Origin: a virus
Length of the DNA: 64,000 nucleotides
Virus record (IMG/VR): IMGVR_UViG_3300042731_007874
Direction: 5' to 3' (one strand)
Positions 42,016 through 50,636 of the stretch are shown here, one piece after another. Made by a program: the position numbers and the translations under genes. Positions within the stretch are counted from its first letter, which is position 1. Every line of letters begins with the position of its first letter. Below the pieces are notes generated by a model. The model made no database searches, was not told the DNA's origin, and saw nothing but the letters and a program-made list of their open reading frames with translations.

Positions 42016-42759
42016 TTACTTTATATGTCCTTCTGGACATATACCCACTCCAAGAAGACTAAGAGCTTGTAAGGCAGGGTTATTTGTTTCTTTTGTCCCG
42101 AGCGTTTCTTTCTCTATCGCGATATTAAGCTGTCGCCTTCGTGCTACAATTTCTTTATGTCCCATGCCAGCCATGTCATAGAACTTTTCTATATTATCCA
42201 TTACTTTGACAAGGCCATCAAGGTGGCCATTATCAATAGCAACTCTGTCTGCTTCCAGTTCTATTTTGATGGTTGACTCCGCACCAAACATCCTCTTGAA
42301 CATATTCAAGGGATTAGGATTATCCAAGTGACCACACTTGATGTGACCTATCTCATGAGCGAGAATTGCTTCTTGTATTTCTTTGTCCGCCGCCATAAAG
42401 GCGTCGTTGACAACAATAACAAACTCACCATTAATTCTCCCAACAAGAGCACTTGGCATATCCTTCTGTCCTTGCAGTACAAATATACCATTGAAGTGCT
42501 TGAGGTAGACCTTCCTACCATTAATAGTCGTTTCTCCAATGTCTCGCATAGAGAGAAGCCCTTCTACTCCTTGTTCCTCTATAAGCGCCTTAGTATCAAC
42601 ATAGACCTTATAGTTCATCTTGACCTGGCCTACCATAAAGTCCTTAACAGGGCTAATCTTCTCTACTACGTCCCTCACTGCATATTTTGTTCTATCCAAC
42701 ATGATACATTCTCCATTTATCCTACATATATATATAGGATAGGTTATGTAGACATACAT
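42016..42759 (-). CDS. M48-like zinc metallopeptidase
   Basis: AILAHEIGH ... ELEAD. Confidence 0.8.
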   Translation of the reverse strand: MYVYITYPIYICRINGECIMLDRTKYAVRDVVEKISPVKDFMVGQVKMNYKVYVDTKALIEEQGVEGLLSMRDIGETTINGRKVYLKHFNGIFVLQGQKDMPSALVGRINGEFVIVVNDAFMAADKEIQEAILAHEIGHIKCGHLDNPNPLNMFKRMFGAESTIKIELEADRVAIDNGHLDGLVKVMDNIEKFYDMAGMGHKEIVARRRQLNIAIEKETLGTKETNNPALQALSLLGVGICPEGHIK

Positions 42760-42802
42760 TATGTATATCTACTACATTACCATTACTTATTGTTTATTTA
42801 GA

Positions 42803-43234
42803 TTAATTAGACTCTACTTTACGTACGACTATCTCTTTCTTCGCGCCGCCGAATAAACCAACAAGAATAGAATCTACTATAGAGATAGTCTTCTTAAATA
42901 CAGTACCTACTATCTTAACAACTGTCTTAACTACTCTATAACGAAGAGTAACACCACTCATCTTCTTCACGACCGGCCTGATAATCTTATTACCAACTCT
43001 CTTCTTGATAGCAACAGTCTTTTCTTTAACTTTAACATTCTTTACTTTCTTAACTGTCTCTACTGGATGCAACATAGCATCCGAGACTTTATCCGAGTAC
43101 TCTTCATACTTAATTATTTCATCCACACTCTTTCCCTTCAGACATTTCCTCTCCGCTTTCTCCAGAGAGGAATCAATCTTCTCCACTACCTCTACTGTTT
43201 TCTTGACTACTGATTTTACTTTGTCCCAAAACAT
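42803..43234 (-). CDS. Lys/Val-rich basic hypothetical protein
   Basis: 143-aa ORF with RBS AAGGA. Confidence 0.5.
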   Translation of the reverse strand: MFWDKVKSVVKKTVEVVEKIDSSLEKAERKCLKGKSVDEIIKYEEYSDKVSDAMLHPVETVKKVKNVKVKEKTVAIKKRVGNKIIRPVVKKMSGVTLRYRVVKTVVKIVGTVFKKTISIVDSILVGLFGGAKKEIVVRKVESN

Positions 43235-43351
43235 GACTCGTTCCTTTCTTGCCTTATCGGCAATATTAACCCCGCCGGCTCCGAACTCTTTGGGGGGTGG
43301 GGCGATTGATTATTACTTACTAGGGTTTAGAAAAATTTTTTGATTTTAGGT

Positions 43352-44026
43352 CTATATAGGTTTTTCTTTATTCTCTGCTCTTTTTCTTCTCATATAGCAC
43401 TTTGCACATAAATTACGACTCAGGTGTTGCTTTTCTTCTCCACAGTCTTCACAGATAATAAGATTCTTCTTTTTTTCTATGTAATCTTTTTTATAACATT
43501 TTTGACAAAGGCCAAGACCTTCATGGTATTTTTCTTCTCCGCAAGATTTACAGACAATTAACCTTCTCTTGTTTGGGTTTTTTCTAGACAGCCTAGAGTA
43601 ACAAGCATTACATAGGTCTTTAGTGAAAGGGTGTTTTTCTTCTCCACATTCTTTACAGATAATAACCTTAGACTCTCGTTGGTGTTTTCTATAGCAAGAG
43701 TCGCATAAACCTCTGCCTTTCGGAGGTCTATCTCTTTTGCATCTTTTGCAATTTATTAATTTTCTATCTGGATGATATTGTGTCTTTATTTTTTGTCGTT
43801 TTATCTCAACATGGATATTTTTATGACACTCCTCGCAAACAACCATGCATTTAGATAGTTCTTCCTCTCTCCTCTCTTGGCTCCACAACCAAACTTCTGA
43901 AGCAACTTTCTGACTGGGGTCTTTGTGATGGATCTGTAAAGACTCGCTAGATCCACAAATTTCACAGGGGCCGTGTTCTTGAAGCCAGTTTGTTTTTCGT
44001 TCGTTTCTTTTTTGTTTAGTATTCAT
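43352..44026 (-). CDS. HNH endonuclease-domain protein with tandem CxxC..LCxxCY zinc fingers
   Basis: CEICGS...IHHKDP...CEECH, then four CxxC...LCxxCY repeats. Confidence 0.8.
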   Translation of the reverse strand: MNTKQKRNERKTNWLQEHGPCEICGSSESLQIHHKDPSQKVASEVWLWSQERREEELSKCMVVCEECHKNIHVEIKRQKIKTQYHPDRKLINCKRCKRDRPPKGRGLCDSCYRKHQRESKVIICKECGEEKHPFTKDLCNACYSRLSRKNPNKRRLIVCKSCGEEKYHEGLGLCQKCYKKDYIEKKKNLIICEDCGEEKQHLSRNLCAKCYMRRKRAENKEKPI

Positions 44027-44351
44027 TAATACCTCCTAAAAAGAGGTTATCAGCTTATTCTCTAAGAGTCAAGGAGGGGGCAGCTAACCCTTGACCCCCA
44101 GGGATGTCCTGAATTACTTGCTAGGTATGTATAAAATTTTTCCCATTTTGCCCCCTATTAAGAAATTTATGTTATAGTATAAGTAACAGAACCCTCTAAG
44201 CCTCTCTTTGAAGCTCAATTCTAGAGGGTCTTTTATTATTCGGCATAATCTCCACCTTAATTCTCTAAAATCAAAGTTTTAAAAAATTTTCTCCTTGAAA
44301 CCGCCATATATAAGAAAAATTATTTTTCTACCAACCCGCCCAATAATAATA

Positions 44352-44380
44352 TTGACAATCATCTCTTGATGGCCTAATTT
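44352..44380 (+). promoter_or_regulatory. Sigma70-like promoter for the rightward genes
   Basis: TTGACA-N17-TAATTT upstream of 44412. Confidence 0.55.
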
Positions 44381-44640
44381 AAGGAAGTGAAGAATCAAGA
44401 AAGGATCACCAATGTTTGATGAAATGTTTGTTTCTCACATCCAACCAAACAAAGACTATATCCAATGTTCTCTTTATTCAGAATCCGGCCAAAACCTAGT
44501 TACCTGGGTTCTGAAAGAAACAGCCCACGAGGGAAAAGAAGTTAGACTAAAAGGATCAGATCAGACTTGGACAGTAAAGGAAGTTTACAAGAGTACTGTA
44601 AAGGGGAGTGTATTAATACAAATGAGGGATCAATATAAGT

Positions 44641-44940
44641 ATGCCAGGAGAACTACTGATGTCTAAATCAGAAGAATTTAAGAAAGAGTTAAAGAAGTTA
44701 TATGATCAAGTAGAAGAAGATTACGTAGGAAAGCCTATTTCTAACTATGAAAGAACAAAAGAAGAAGTAAGAGTAAAGTTTCAAAACTTCTTTGATAAAT
44801 ACTATTACAATTCTTTCTTAAAGAAACAATTTAAGGTAGTTGTTGGTAGTGGTGTAACAGCTTTATCTATTGATACAGTAGATCCTGACACTGGAGTACG
44901 GGTTGAAGACTTAAAACTACAGGAGATATTTAATGACTAA
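44641..44940 (+). CDS. Tandem paralog 1 (DKYYYNSFLKK family)
   Basis: Homologous to 44933..45283. Confidence 0.65.
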   Translation: MPGELLMSKSEEFKKELKKLYDQVEEDYVGKPISNYERTKEEVRVKFQNFFDKYYYNSFLKKQFKVVVGSGVTALSIDTVDPDTGVRVEDLKLQEIFND

Positions 44941-45283
44941 AGCACAAGAATTTATGAAAGAGTTAAATCTGTTATCTCGAGAGACAAACCAAGATTATCG
45001 TGGGACGAAAATTACTAAAAAAATAAAAAACGATCTAAGAGTAAAGACTCAGGCTTTAATTGACAAGTATTATTATAATTCTTTTCTAAAGAAACGATAC
45101 AGAGTAACAATTTCTATTGTTGGAGATGAATTATTCATCAATACCATTGATCCTGATACTGGTTTGTTGGTTAAATATTTAGACCATTCAGAAGAAGAAG
45201 GTAATGATAATGAAATTGATCCTGACACCAGAGATCTAGTTAAGTATCTAGTTAAGCATTTTGACAAGGCCATCAATGACTAA
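44933..45283 (+). CDS. Tandem paralog 2 (DKYYYNSFLKK family)
   Basis: Shares DKYYYNSFLKK and IDPDTG; internal DPDT..LVKYL repeat. Confidence 0.65.
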   Translation: MTKAQEFMKELNLLSRETNQDYRGTKITKKIKNDLRVKTQALIDKYYYNSFLKKRYRVTISIVGDELFINTIDPDTGLLVKYLDHSEEEGNDNEIDPDTRDLVKYLVKHFDKAIND

Positions 45284-45473
45284 GATAGAAACAGAGAGTT
45301 TTACGGAACCGGAACCGAACATCGTCAAACAGCTTGATTGTTTAATTGTAAGTGATAATGAAGTAAACAAAAGTTATCCTTATGTTATTTCTTTGAGAAG
45401 AGACCGTTATAATACTTATCGGTTCTATGTTTTGTGTCGGTCTCGTATATTAATATAGAGGGAGCAAACAACA

Positions 45474-46175
45474 ATGAGAATAGAAACAGTAGAAGATTTC
45501 AAGAGGGCGTTATTAAGACTAGATGATATCTTTGATATCCCTATAGATGACCCCAGGAGGGATGAGAGGGCAGCTCTGATTGATGCAATTGAAGAATACG
45601 AAGACGAGCACTGTAGTATTCAACCTCCGACTGAGGAGGAAGCTAGGGCCTTTAGAAGAGAACAGGAGCTTCTCGTTGAGGATCGAGGTCTTCCTCTACC
45701 TGTTGAGGTTCCTCCAGTGCCATTAGTGTTGCCACCAAGAAAACAACATGAGTTTGATTTTTTTGATAAATCTCCTGATAATTTAAAGGCTGTTGAGGAT
45801 CGTTTAATGAAAGTAATAGAAGAAGCATGTCGAAACCAGAGGGAGTGTTTTATTAATAAAATAAAGGACTCTTTTGAAGAAATTGATAAGTTTGCTAGAG
45901 AAAACCAGGAAGAAATTTTTATTTTAAATGATTATCGGGGCTCTAAGGTCAACTCAGCGGAATATGCTGAATCTTGGATTCATAAAGACACGATTCGGTT
46001 GATTTACGACGAATATGAAAGAGGAGAAGACTATAGTCTTTATCCTTTTGATATTCCTATTAAATATATAAATAATTTAGATGGATGGTTAGAGGATTTA
46101 AGTAAGGAGAAAGAAGAGAGGGATAAAAAGAGAGAGGAAGAGAAGACTGAGGCTTCATTAGGGAGTGGAATATGA
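45474..46175 (+). CDS. Protein with a HigA-antitoxin-like N-terminal region fused to an unknown domain
   Basis: IETVEDFKRALLRLDDIF...ALIDAIEEYEDEH..I.PP resembles the HigA N-terminus; no HTH follows. Confidence 0.5.
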   Translation: MRIETVEDFKRALLRLDDIFDIPIDDPRRDERAALIDAIEEYEDEHCSIQPPTEEEARAFRREQELLVEDRGLPLPVEVPPVPLVLPPRKQHEFDFFDKSPDNLKAVEDRLMKVIEEACRNQRECFINKIKDSFEEIDKFARENQEEIFILNDYRGSKVNSAEYAESWIHKDTIRLIYDEYERGEDYSLYPFDIPIKYINNLDGWLEDLSKEKEERDKKREEEKTEASLGSGI

Positions 46176-46603
46176 AAGATTCAAATGTACCAAAACTAAG
46201 GTTTCCTTTGAGGGATTATTTACAGGATTATAATGAAGATCGTGATGTTGATCTTACATGTCAGACCATAAAGATGGTAAGAACTCGTAAAGAGCATGAT
46301 TGTCATTTTGGTCAAATAGATGGTAAATTACACATTATACCAAAGGGAGAGTTAGCGGTAAAAGACACTGCGTTGGTAGATCATGAATTTTGGGGAACTT
46401 GTTATACCTGTATTCCTTGTTTAGATAAATGGATAGCTGAGTTAAAAAGTGAGACTTGTGAATGTTGTGAATATTGGGATTTTAAGGACGAAGACGATTC
46501 TGATCAGGCTTTGTGTTTAAACCCCAGATCTAAAGAATATAAGAAATTAGTAAATTATGATTTCACTTGTAATTGTTTTAAGGACTGTGAATAAGGAGAA
46601 ATA

Positions 46604-47596
46604 ATGTCAATTGATTTTCCAAGAGCGTGGCAGCTAGCCAAAGAGACTAGTTTTGAAGACCATAATCCTAAGTGTAGTTATGCGCGGACCAAAGGGGGTT
46701 TACTTTGTGATTGTGAAGTTTTAACAAAACACCCAGAATATTTATCTGATGTTTTTTATGGAAAAGATGGTATTATAATAAGAAAGACCAAGAGAATGAT
46801 TAATTGGATTTGCCAAAGCAATTTATGTGACACGACAGGGCTGGAGCAAATTAAAGAAGTTTGCGAAGAAGATGGAGGCTGTTATGTTCCTTATACGGTA
46901 ATTCCTTTTGAGAATAATACTTCTGGATTTCCTGTTGATGGAATTAATGTTTTTTATGGATCGGTAACTTGGATCAACAAGCTTTCTGAAGAGAAGAGGG
47001 CTGGGTTATTCTTTGACAAGGAGAAGTTTACCTATCTTTACTGGGGAGAAAAATATAGGGATCTTTTGGTCAATGATGACTTTAAGGTTATTACTTTAAA
47101 AGAATTTGTAACTTCGAAAGAATATAACAACATAACGAGCCGAATGAACAGAGAAATCTTTTTTGTTAGACCAGCGGCCGATAATAAAGCCTTTGACGGA
47201 CATGTCTATCAATCATTTCAGGTATTAGATTCTATTGGAGGAGATCCCGATTATCTTTCGAGTTTGCCAATAATCATAGCTTCTCCAAAAATTATTCATT
47301 TAGAATATAGGTTGTTTTTTGTAAACGGTAAAGTTTCTTCTGCTTGCCAGTATAAGTACCGGGGAAGTCTGTCTGTAAGTAAGACAATTCCGCCAGATTT
47401 AATTCCTTGGGCAGAAGACCACCTTAAAGATTTTCATGATGTGTTTGTTGCCGATGTCGCCATTATTGAAGATAAAGAAGGGTTTAGTGGTTATCGGTTG
47501 CTTGAATTTGGCTGTGCAAATGCTGCGGGATTTTATGGGGTAGATGTTAAAAAAGTAACAAAAGATATTAATAAGTACTTAGGAGAATTAAGTTGA
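46604..47596 (+). CDS. ATP-grasp domain protein (R2K-like)
   Basis: FVRPA.DNKAFDG, EYRLFFVNG, FVADVA, LLEFG..N.AGFY. Confidence 0.75.
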   Translation: MSIDFPRAWQLAKETSFEDHNPKCSYARTKGGLLCDCEVLTKHPEYLSDVFYGKDGIIIRKTKRMINWICQSNLCDTTGLEQIKEVCEEDGGCYVPYTVIPFENNTSGFPVDGINVFYGSVTWINKLSEEKRAGLFFDKEKFTYLYWGEKYRDLLVNDDFKVITLKEFVTSKEYNNITSRMNREIFFVRPAADNKAFDGHVYQSFQVLDSIGGDPDYLSSLPIIIASPKIIHLEYRLFFVNGKVSSACQYKYRGSLSVSKTIPPDLIPWAEDHLKDFHDVFVADVAIIEDKEGFSGYRLLEFGCANAAGFYGVDVKKVTKDINKYLGELS

Positions 47597-47720
47597 AACA
47601 AGATCTTAAAGAAGAATTTAAAAGAATAGGGTCTATCTTATTAGGAATTTTATTTATATTATTTATGATGATTATATTTTATTCTATTTTTAATACTTTA
47701 ATATAAACAAGGAGAAGAGA

Positions 47721-48146
47721 ATGTGTTTATGGATTAAACAAGATCAAGAAGAAAATAAAAAGAATCTAAACAAATGGTTTGGATCTAGAAAAAGATTTGC
47801 ATATGTTTATAAAATTCTAAGAAAATGGCCAGAGGAAAACTTCTATAGATCTCCTGTTTATGATTTTAAATGGGATTTTAAAAAACAAAAAGTTTTTCAA
47901 GTAGATAGACCTAATAAACCAACCAAAGAAGAACTAAATTATGGAGAAATACATAAAGGACTCCATGTCTATACTTCTCTTAAGAAAGCTAAAGAAAACC
48001 AAAATTTTTCTTGCGATACAATAATTGAATTTAAAGTCTCTAAAGAAAACATCGTTGCGATTGAAATTAATTGGTCTGACAAAGAAGATAACTTTCAAGA
48101 ATTAGTTTGTCGAAAGTTAGAGTTTGTTAAGGTTGTTGAAAATTAA
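47721..48146 (+). CDS. MCL-family paralog 18 (subfamily A, plus strand)
   Basis: KWFGSRKRFAYVYK, YRSP, GLHVYT, QELVC. Confidence 0.9.
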   Translation: MCLWIKQDQEENKKNLNKWFGSRKRFAYVYKILRKWPEENFYRSPVYDFKWDFKKQKVFQVDRPNKPTKEELNYGEIHKGLHVYTSLKKAKENQNFSCDTIIEFKVSKENIVAIEINWSDKEDNFQELVCRKLEFVKVVEN

Positions 48147-48186
48147 CAATATAACATTGTGTAAGTAAACAAAAAAGGAGATAAAA

Positions 48187-48603
48187 ATGTTACAAAATCA
48201 CAATGACAGGTCGAGAGAATATCGGGAGGAAGCAAGATTTGCCATCAAAGAGTCTTTTTGGACGCTCAGAAGAATTGTGCCTTTGTTTTTAGGGGTTCTA
48301 TCGGTATTGGTTCTTGTTGGCTGGGGATTAAGAAGCACCAACATTGTCGACAAAGACATTGACCGCGAAGTAGTTCAATATAGTCAACAGTATACTGAAT
48401 CAAAACAGGCGAAGTTGCAGAACTTGTATACTCAGTATACTAATTTGCAGATAAGGGTTGCTGAGGCTGAAGCTAATGGACAAAACAGTATTGTGGCGGC
48501 TGTTCATGCTCAGCAAAAAGCAATACTTGCTCAGATGAAAAGAGAAACGACAAACATTCCTTCAAGTGAGGTTCCAGAAGAAGTCGAAAGACTAATAAAG
48601 TAA
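48187..48603 (+). CDS. Membrane-anchored coiled-coil protein
   Basis: TM segment followed by a Q-rich coiled coil. Confidence 0.5.
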   Translation: MLQNHNDRSREYREEARFAIKESFWTLRRIVPLFLGVLSVLVLVGWGLRSTNIVDKDIDREVVQYSQQYTESKQAKLQNLYTQYTNLQIRVAEAEANGQNSIVAAVHAQQKAILAQMKRETTNIPSSEVPEEVERLIK

Positions 48604-48615
48604 AGGAGAAGAATA

Positions 48616-49221
48616 ATGAAGAAAAGTATGAAGTTAGTTTTGTTTGTAATTTTTATTTTTTCAATAGTTGTTTTTACGGCATGTGCTACCCAAAACGATT
48701 CGTCTGAGGCCAAGGATGCAGAGATTGTAGCAAGGCAACAGTCTATTTATCAGGACGCTCAGCCGGTGCACATCTATGATTATAGTATTCCTCGGGATAT
48801 CTACCAGCAAGTTTATGATGTTACTACGACACAGGTTGTGGCGACCTATACAATTATCGAGACTATTACCGGAGAGACAAAATACGAAGGTCCTTCTGTT
48901 GGCTATGCTCTTCCTGCTGACGTGAGTCTTACTAATCCTCTTCAGGGTTCTTATAATCGCGACGACCCTGGCGAAGATGAGTTTTCTGTTGTTGTCGAAC
49001 AAGCAGAACCTAATGGCTTGTTTAGTTCAAAGAATACTGACGGAACATGGATAATGTACGTTGATCTGAAAACCGGTGAAGTCTATCCAGTATATACGGA
49101 ACATAAAGTTACAACTTTTCCTTTTATTATGCAGAAAAGCGAAACGGGGCAATGGGTTCGTGCTGATAACAAACCAACTTCTTTCAAAATTGAAATAAAA
49201 GAAAGTCCAATAAGGAAGTAA
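48616..49221 (+). CDS. Lipoprotein
   Basis: Signal peptide with lipobox FTAC. Confidence 0.6.
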   Translation: MKKSMKLVLFVIFIFSIVVFTACATQNDSSEAKDAEIVARQQSIYQDAQPVHIYDYSIPRDIYQQVYDVTTTQVVATYTIIETITGETKYEGPSVGYALPADVSLTNPLQGSYNRDDPGEDEFSVVVEQAEPNGLFSSKNTDGTWIMYVDLKTGEVYPVYTEHKVTTFPFIMQKSETGQWVRADNKPTSFKIEIKESPIRK

Positions 49222-49972
49222 GATGGATATTTCAGAACAGTTTAAAGAGATAAGGCAGAGACATGAGAGGAGATCTCAGGACGCTTATAACTATGTTGGT
49301 TTAGCATGGCTTGAGAAAATGTTTCTTGACAATTACGGTGTTGAATTACCAACACTATATGTTTATGAAACTCTAGACGACAACAGAATACAAGTTGAAT
49401 GGACCATTGGTAAGTGGGAAGTGACATTAGAGGTCGGACTTAACGACAAGCGCGGAGAATATCAAGCGTTACATATTGAGTCAGAAAAGCAAATAGATAA
49501 AGAATTCGATCTTGCTTTGTTGGACTCATGGAAAACAATTAACGAGATTACGGCCGAGTTAGTCAAAGAAGCCAGAGCTTCAATTACAGAGAAGAGGAAG
49601 AAGAATAGAGAGCTTTTAGAAGAATACAGGGAAAAGCTAGAAGAAGAACTTTATGAATATTGTGAGGCGAATGGAGGGCATGATTGGACTAGTTGGGAGC
49701 CAAAAGGAGAGATGTGGGTTGCGGGCTGGACGACCTGGAAACAAAGGGTCTGTATGATCTGCCATAAAGAAGAAACAAAAGATTATGTTTATCCAGGCGG
49801 ACGAGAAGACTATGATTTGTTAGCTTAGATTCTGTTTGACTCAGAAAAAGGCTTATGATATTCTTTAGATAAGATGTTAGATAAGATTCAAAATCTAACC
49901 GTTTCTTTTCCCCATACAAATCCAGTTTGGTAAGAGGACTGTCAAGGCTACATATCCTTTGATGGTCCGTAT

Positions 49973-50045
49973 TCCTCAGTAGCTCAAGCGGTAGAGCAAG
50001 CGGCCGTTAACCGCTAGGTTGTTGGTTCAAGTCCAGCCTGGGGAG
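49973..50045 (+). tRNA. tRNA-Asn(GUU), with C at position 33
   Basis: TCCTCAG/CTGGGGA acceptor, AGCGG-CCGTTAA-CCGCT anticodon arm, GGTTCAAGTCC. Confidence 0.9.
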
Positions 50046-50073
50046 CAGATGTTCTTTTAAAACTTAATATTTA

Positions 50074-50144
50074 CCGGGATATGGTGTAATGGAAACACGG
50101 AGGCTTTGGGAGCCTCAGTCGCCGTTCGAATCGGATATCCCGGA
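50074..50144 (+). tRNA. tRNA-Pro(UGG), weak T-stem
   Basis: GAGGC-TTTGGGA-GCCTC anticodon arm; GTTCGAATC loop; only 3 good T-stem pairs. Confidence 0.75.
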
Positions 50145-50149
50145 CTATT

Positions 50150-50222
50150 GCCAGCGTAGCTCAATTGGTAGAGCAGGGCACTTGTAATGCCTTTGTTGGG
50201 AGTTCAAGTCTTCTCGCTGGCT
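50150..50222 (+). tRNA. tRNA-Thr(UGU)
   Basis: GCCAGCG/CGCTGGC acceptor; GGGCA-CTTGTAA-TGCCT. Confidence 0.92.
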
Positions 50223-50226
50223 CTAT

Positions 50227-50298
50227 CCCAGAGTGGCCTATTTGGAGAGGCGTCTGACTGTGGATCAGAAGAAGATTGTTCGAATCAATCCTCTGGGA
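50227..50298 (+). tRNA. tRNA-His(GUG) without encoded G-1/C73
   Basis: CCCAGAG/CTCTGGG acceptor; TCTGA-CTGTGGA-TCAGA; GATTG-TTCGAAT-CAATC. Confidence 0.9.
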
Positions 50299-50636
50299 CG
50301 ATTATTCCTTGACGACCGGTCATATTTTTGCGATATTGATCCTGGAGGTTTTAATGGAATGTATTAATGAAATAGGTAAAGAGATTATTGAACAGATTTA
50401 TCAAGCAACAGAAGACGCTTTTGAAGAAGTTGTTTTTGATAAATTTCAGTGTTTACCGAGCGAAGAAGAAATATTTAAATCTGTCTCTGTTATACATGAT
50501 TCAGATTTAGGCTTGAAGCCAAATGAATTTTCAGGATATCGTATTTTATATAAAGGAACGCCAGAGTTTAGAATAAGAGTTGTTTTTAATAAAGAAAATA
50601 ACAGACTAAGAATTTCAAAAGAAAGAGTAGTTAAAA

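Noticed and set aside
726-43343. Numerous plus-strand ORFs in the left arm (e.g. 2898, 5284, 14604, 28764, 39903, 42328) and minus-strand ORFs in the right arm (e.g. 48661, 54550, 58579, 59881)
   Set aside because: They are shadows of real opposite-strand genes, with Phe/Leu/Ser-rich antisense composition and no RBS or motifs.
8466-48146. MCL copies as diversity-generating retroelement targets
   Set aside because: No reverse transcriptase in the window and no near-identical template/variable repeat pair. Differences are spread over all bases and include indels. A reverse transcriptase elsewhere in the genome was not checked.
8466-48146. MCL copies as integron cassettes or IS elements
   Set aside because: Intergenic gaps are a few to about 20 bp, with no attC-like palindromes, terminal inverted repeats or target duplications. 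There is no integrase or transposase in the window.
50276-50353. N-terminal extension of ORF 50276..50644
   Set aside because: It overlaps tRNA-His. A better start with a GGAGG RBS is at 50354.
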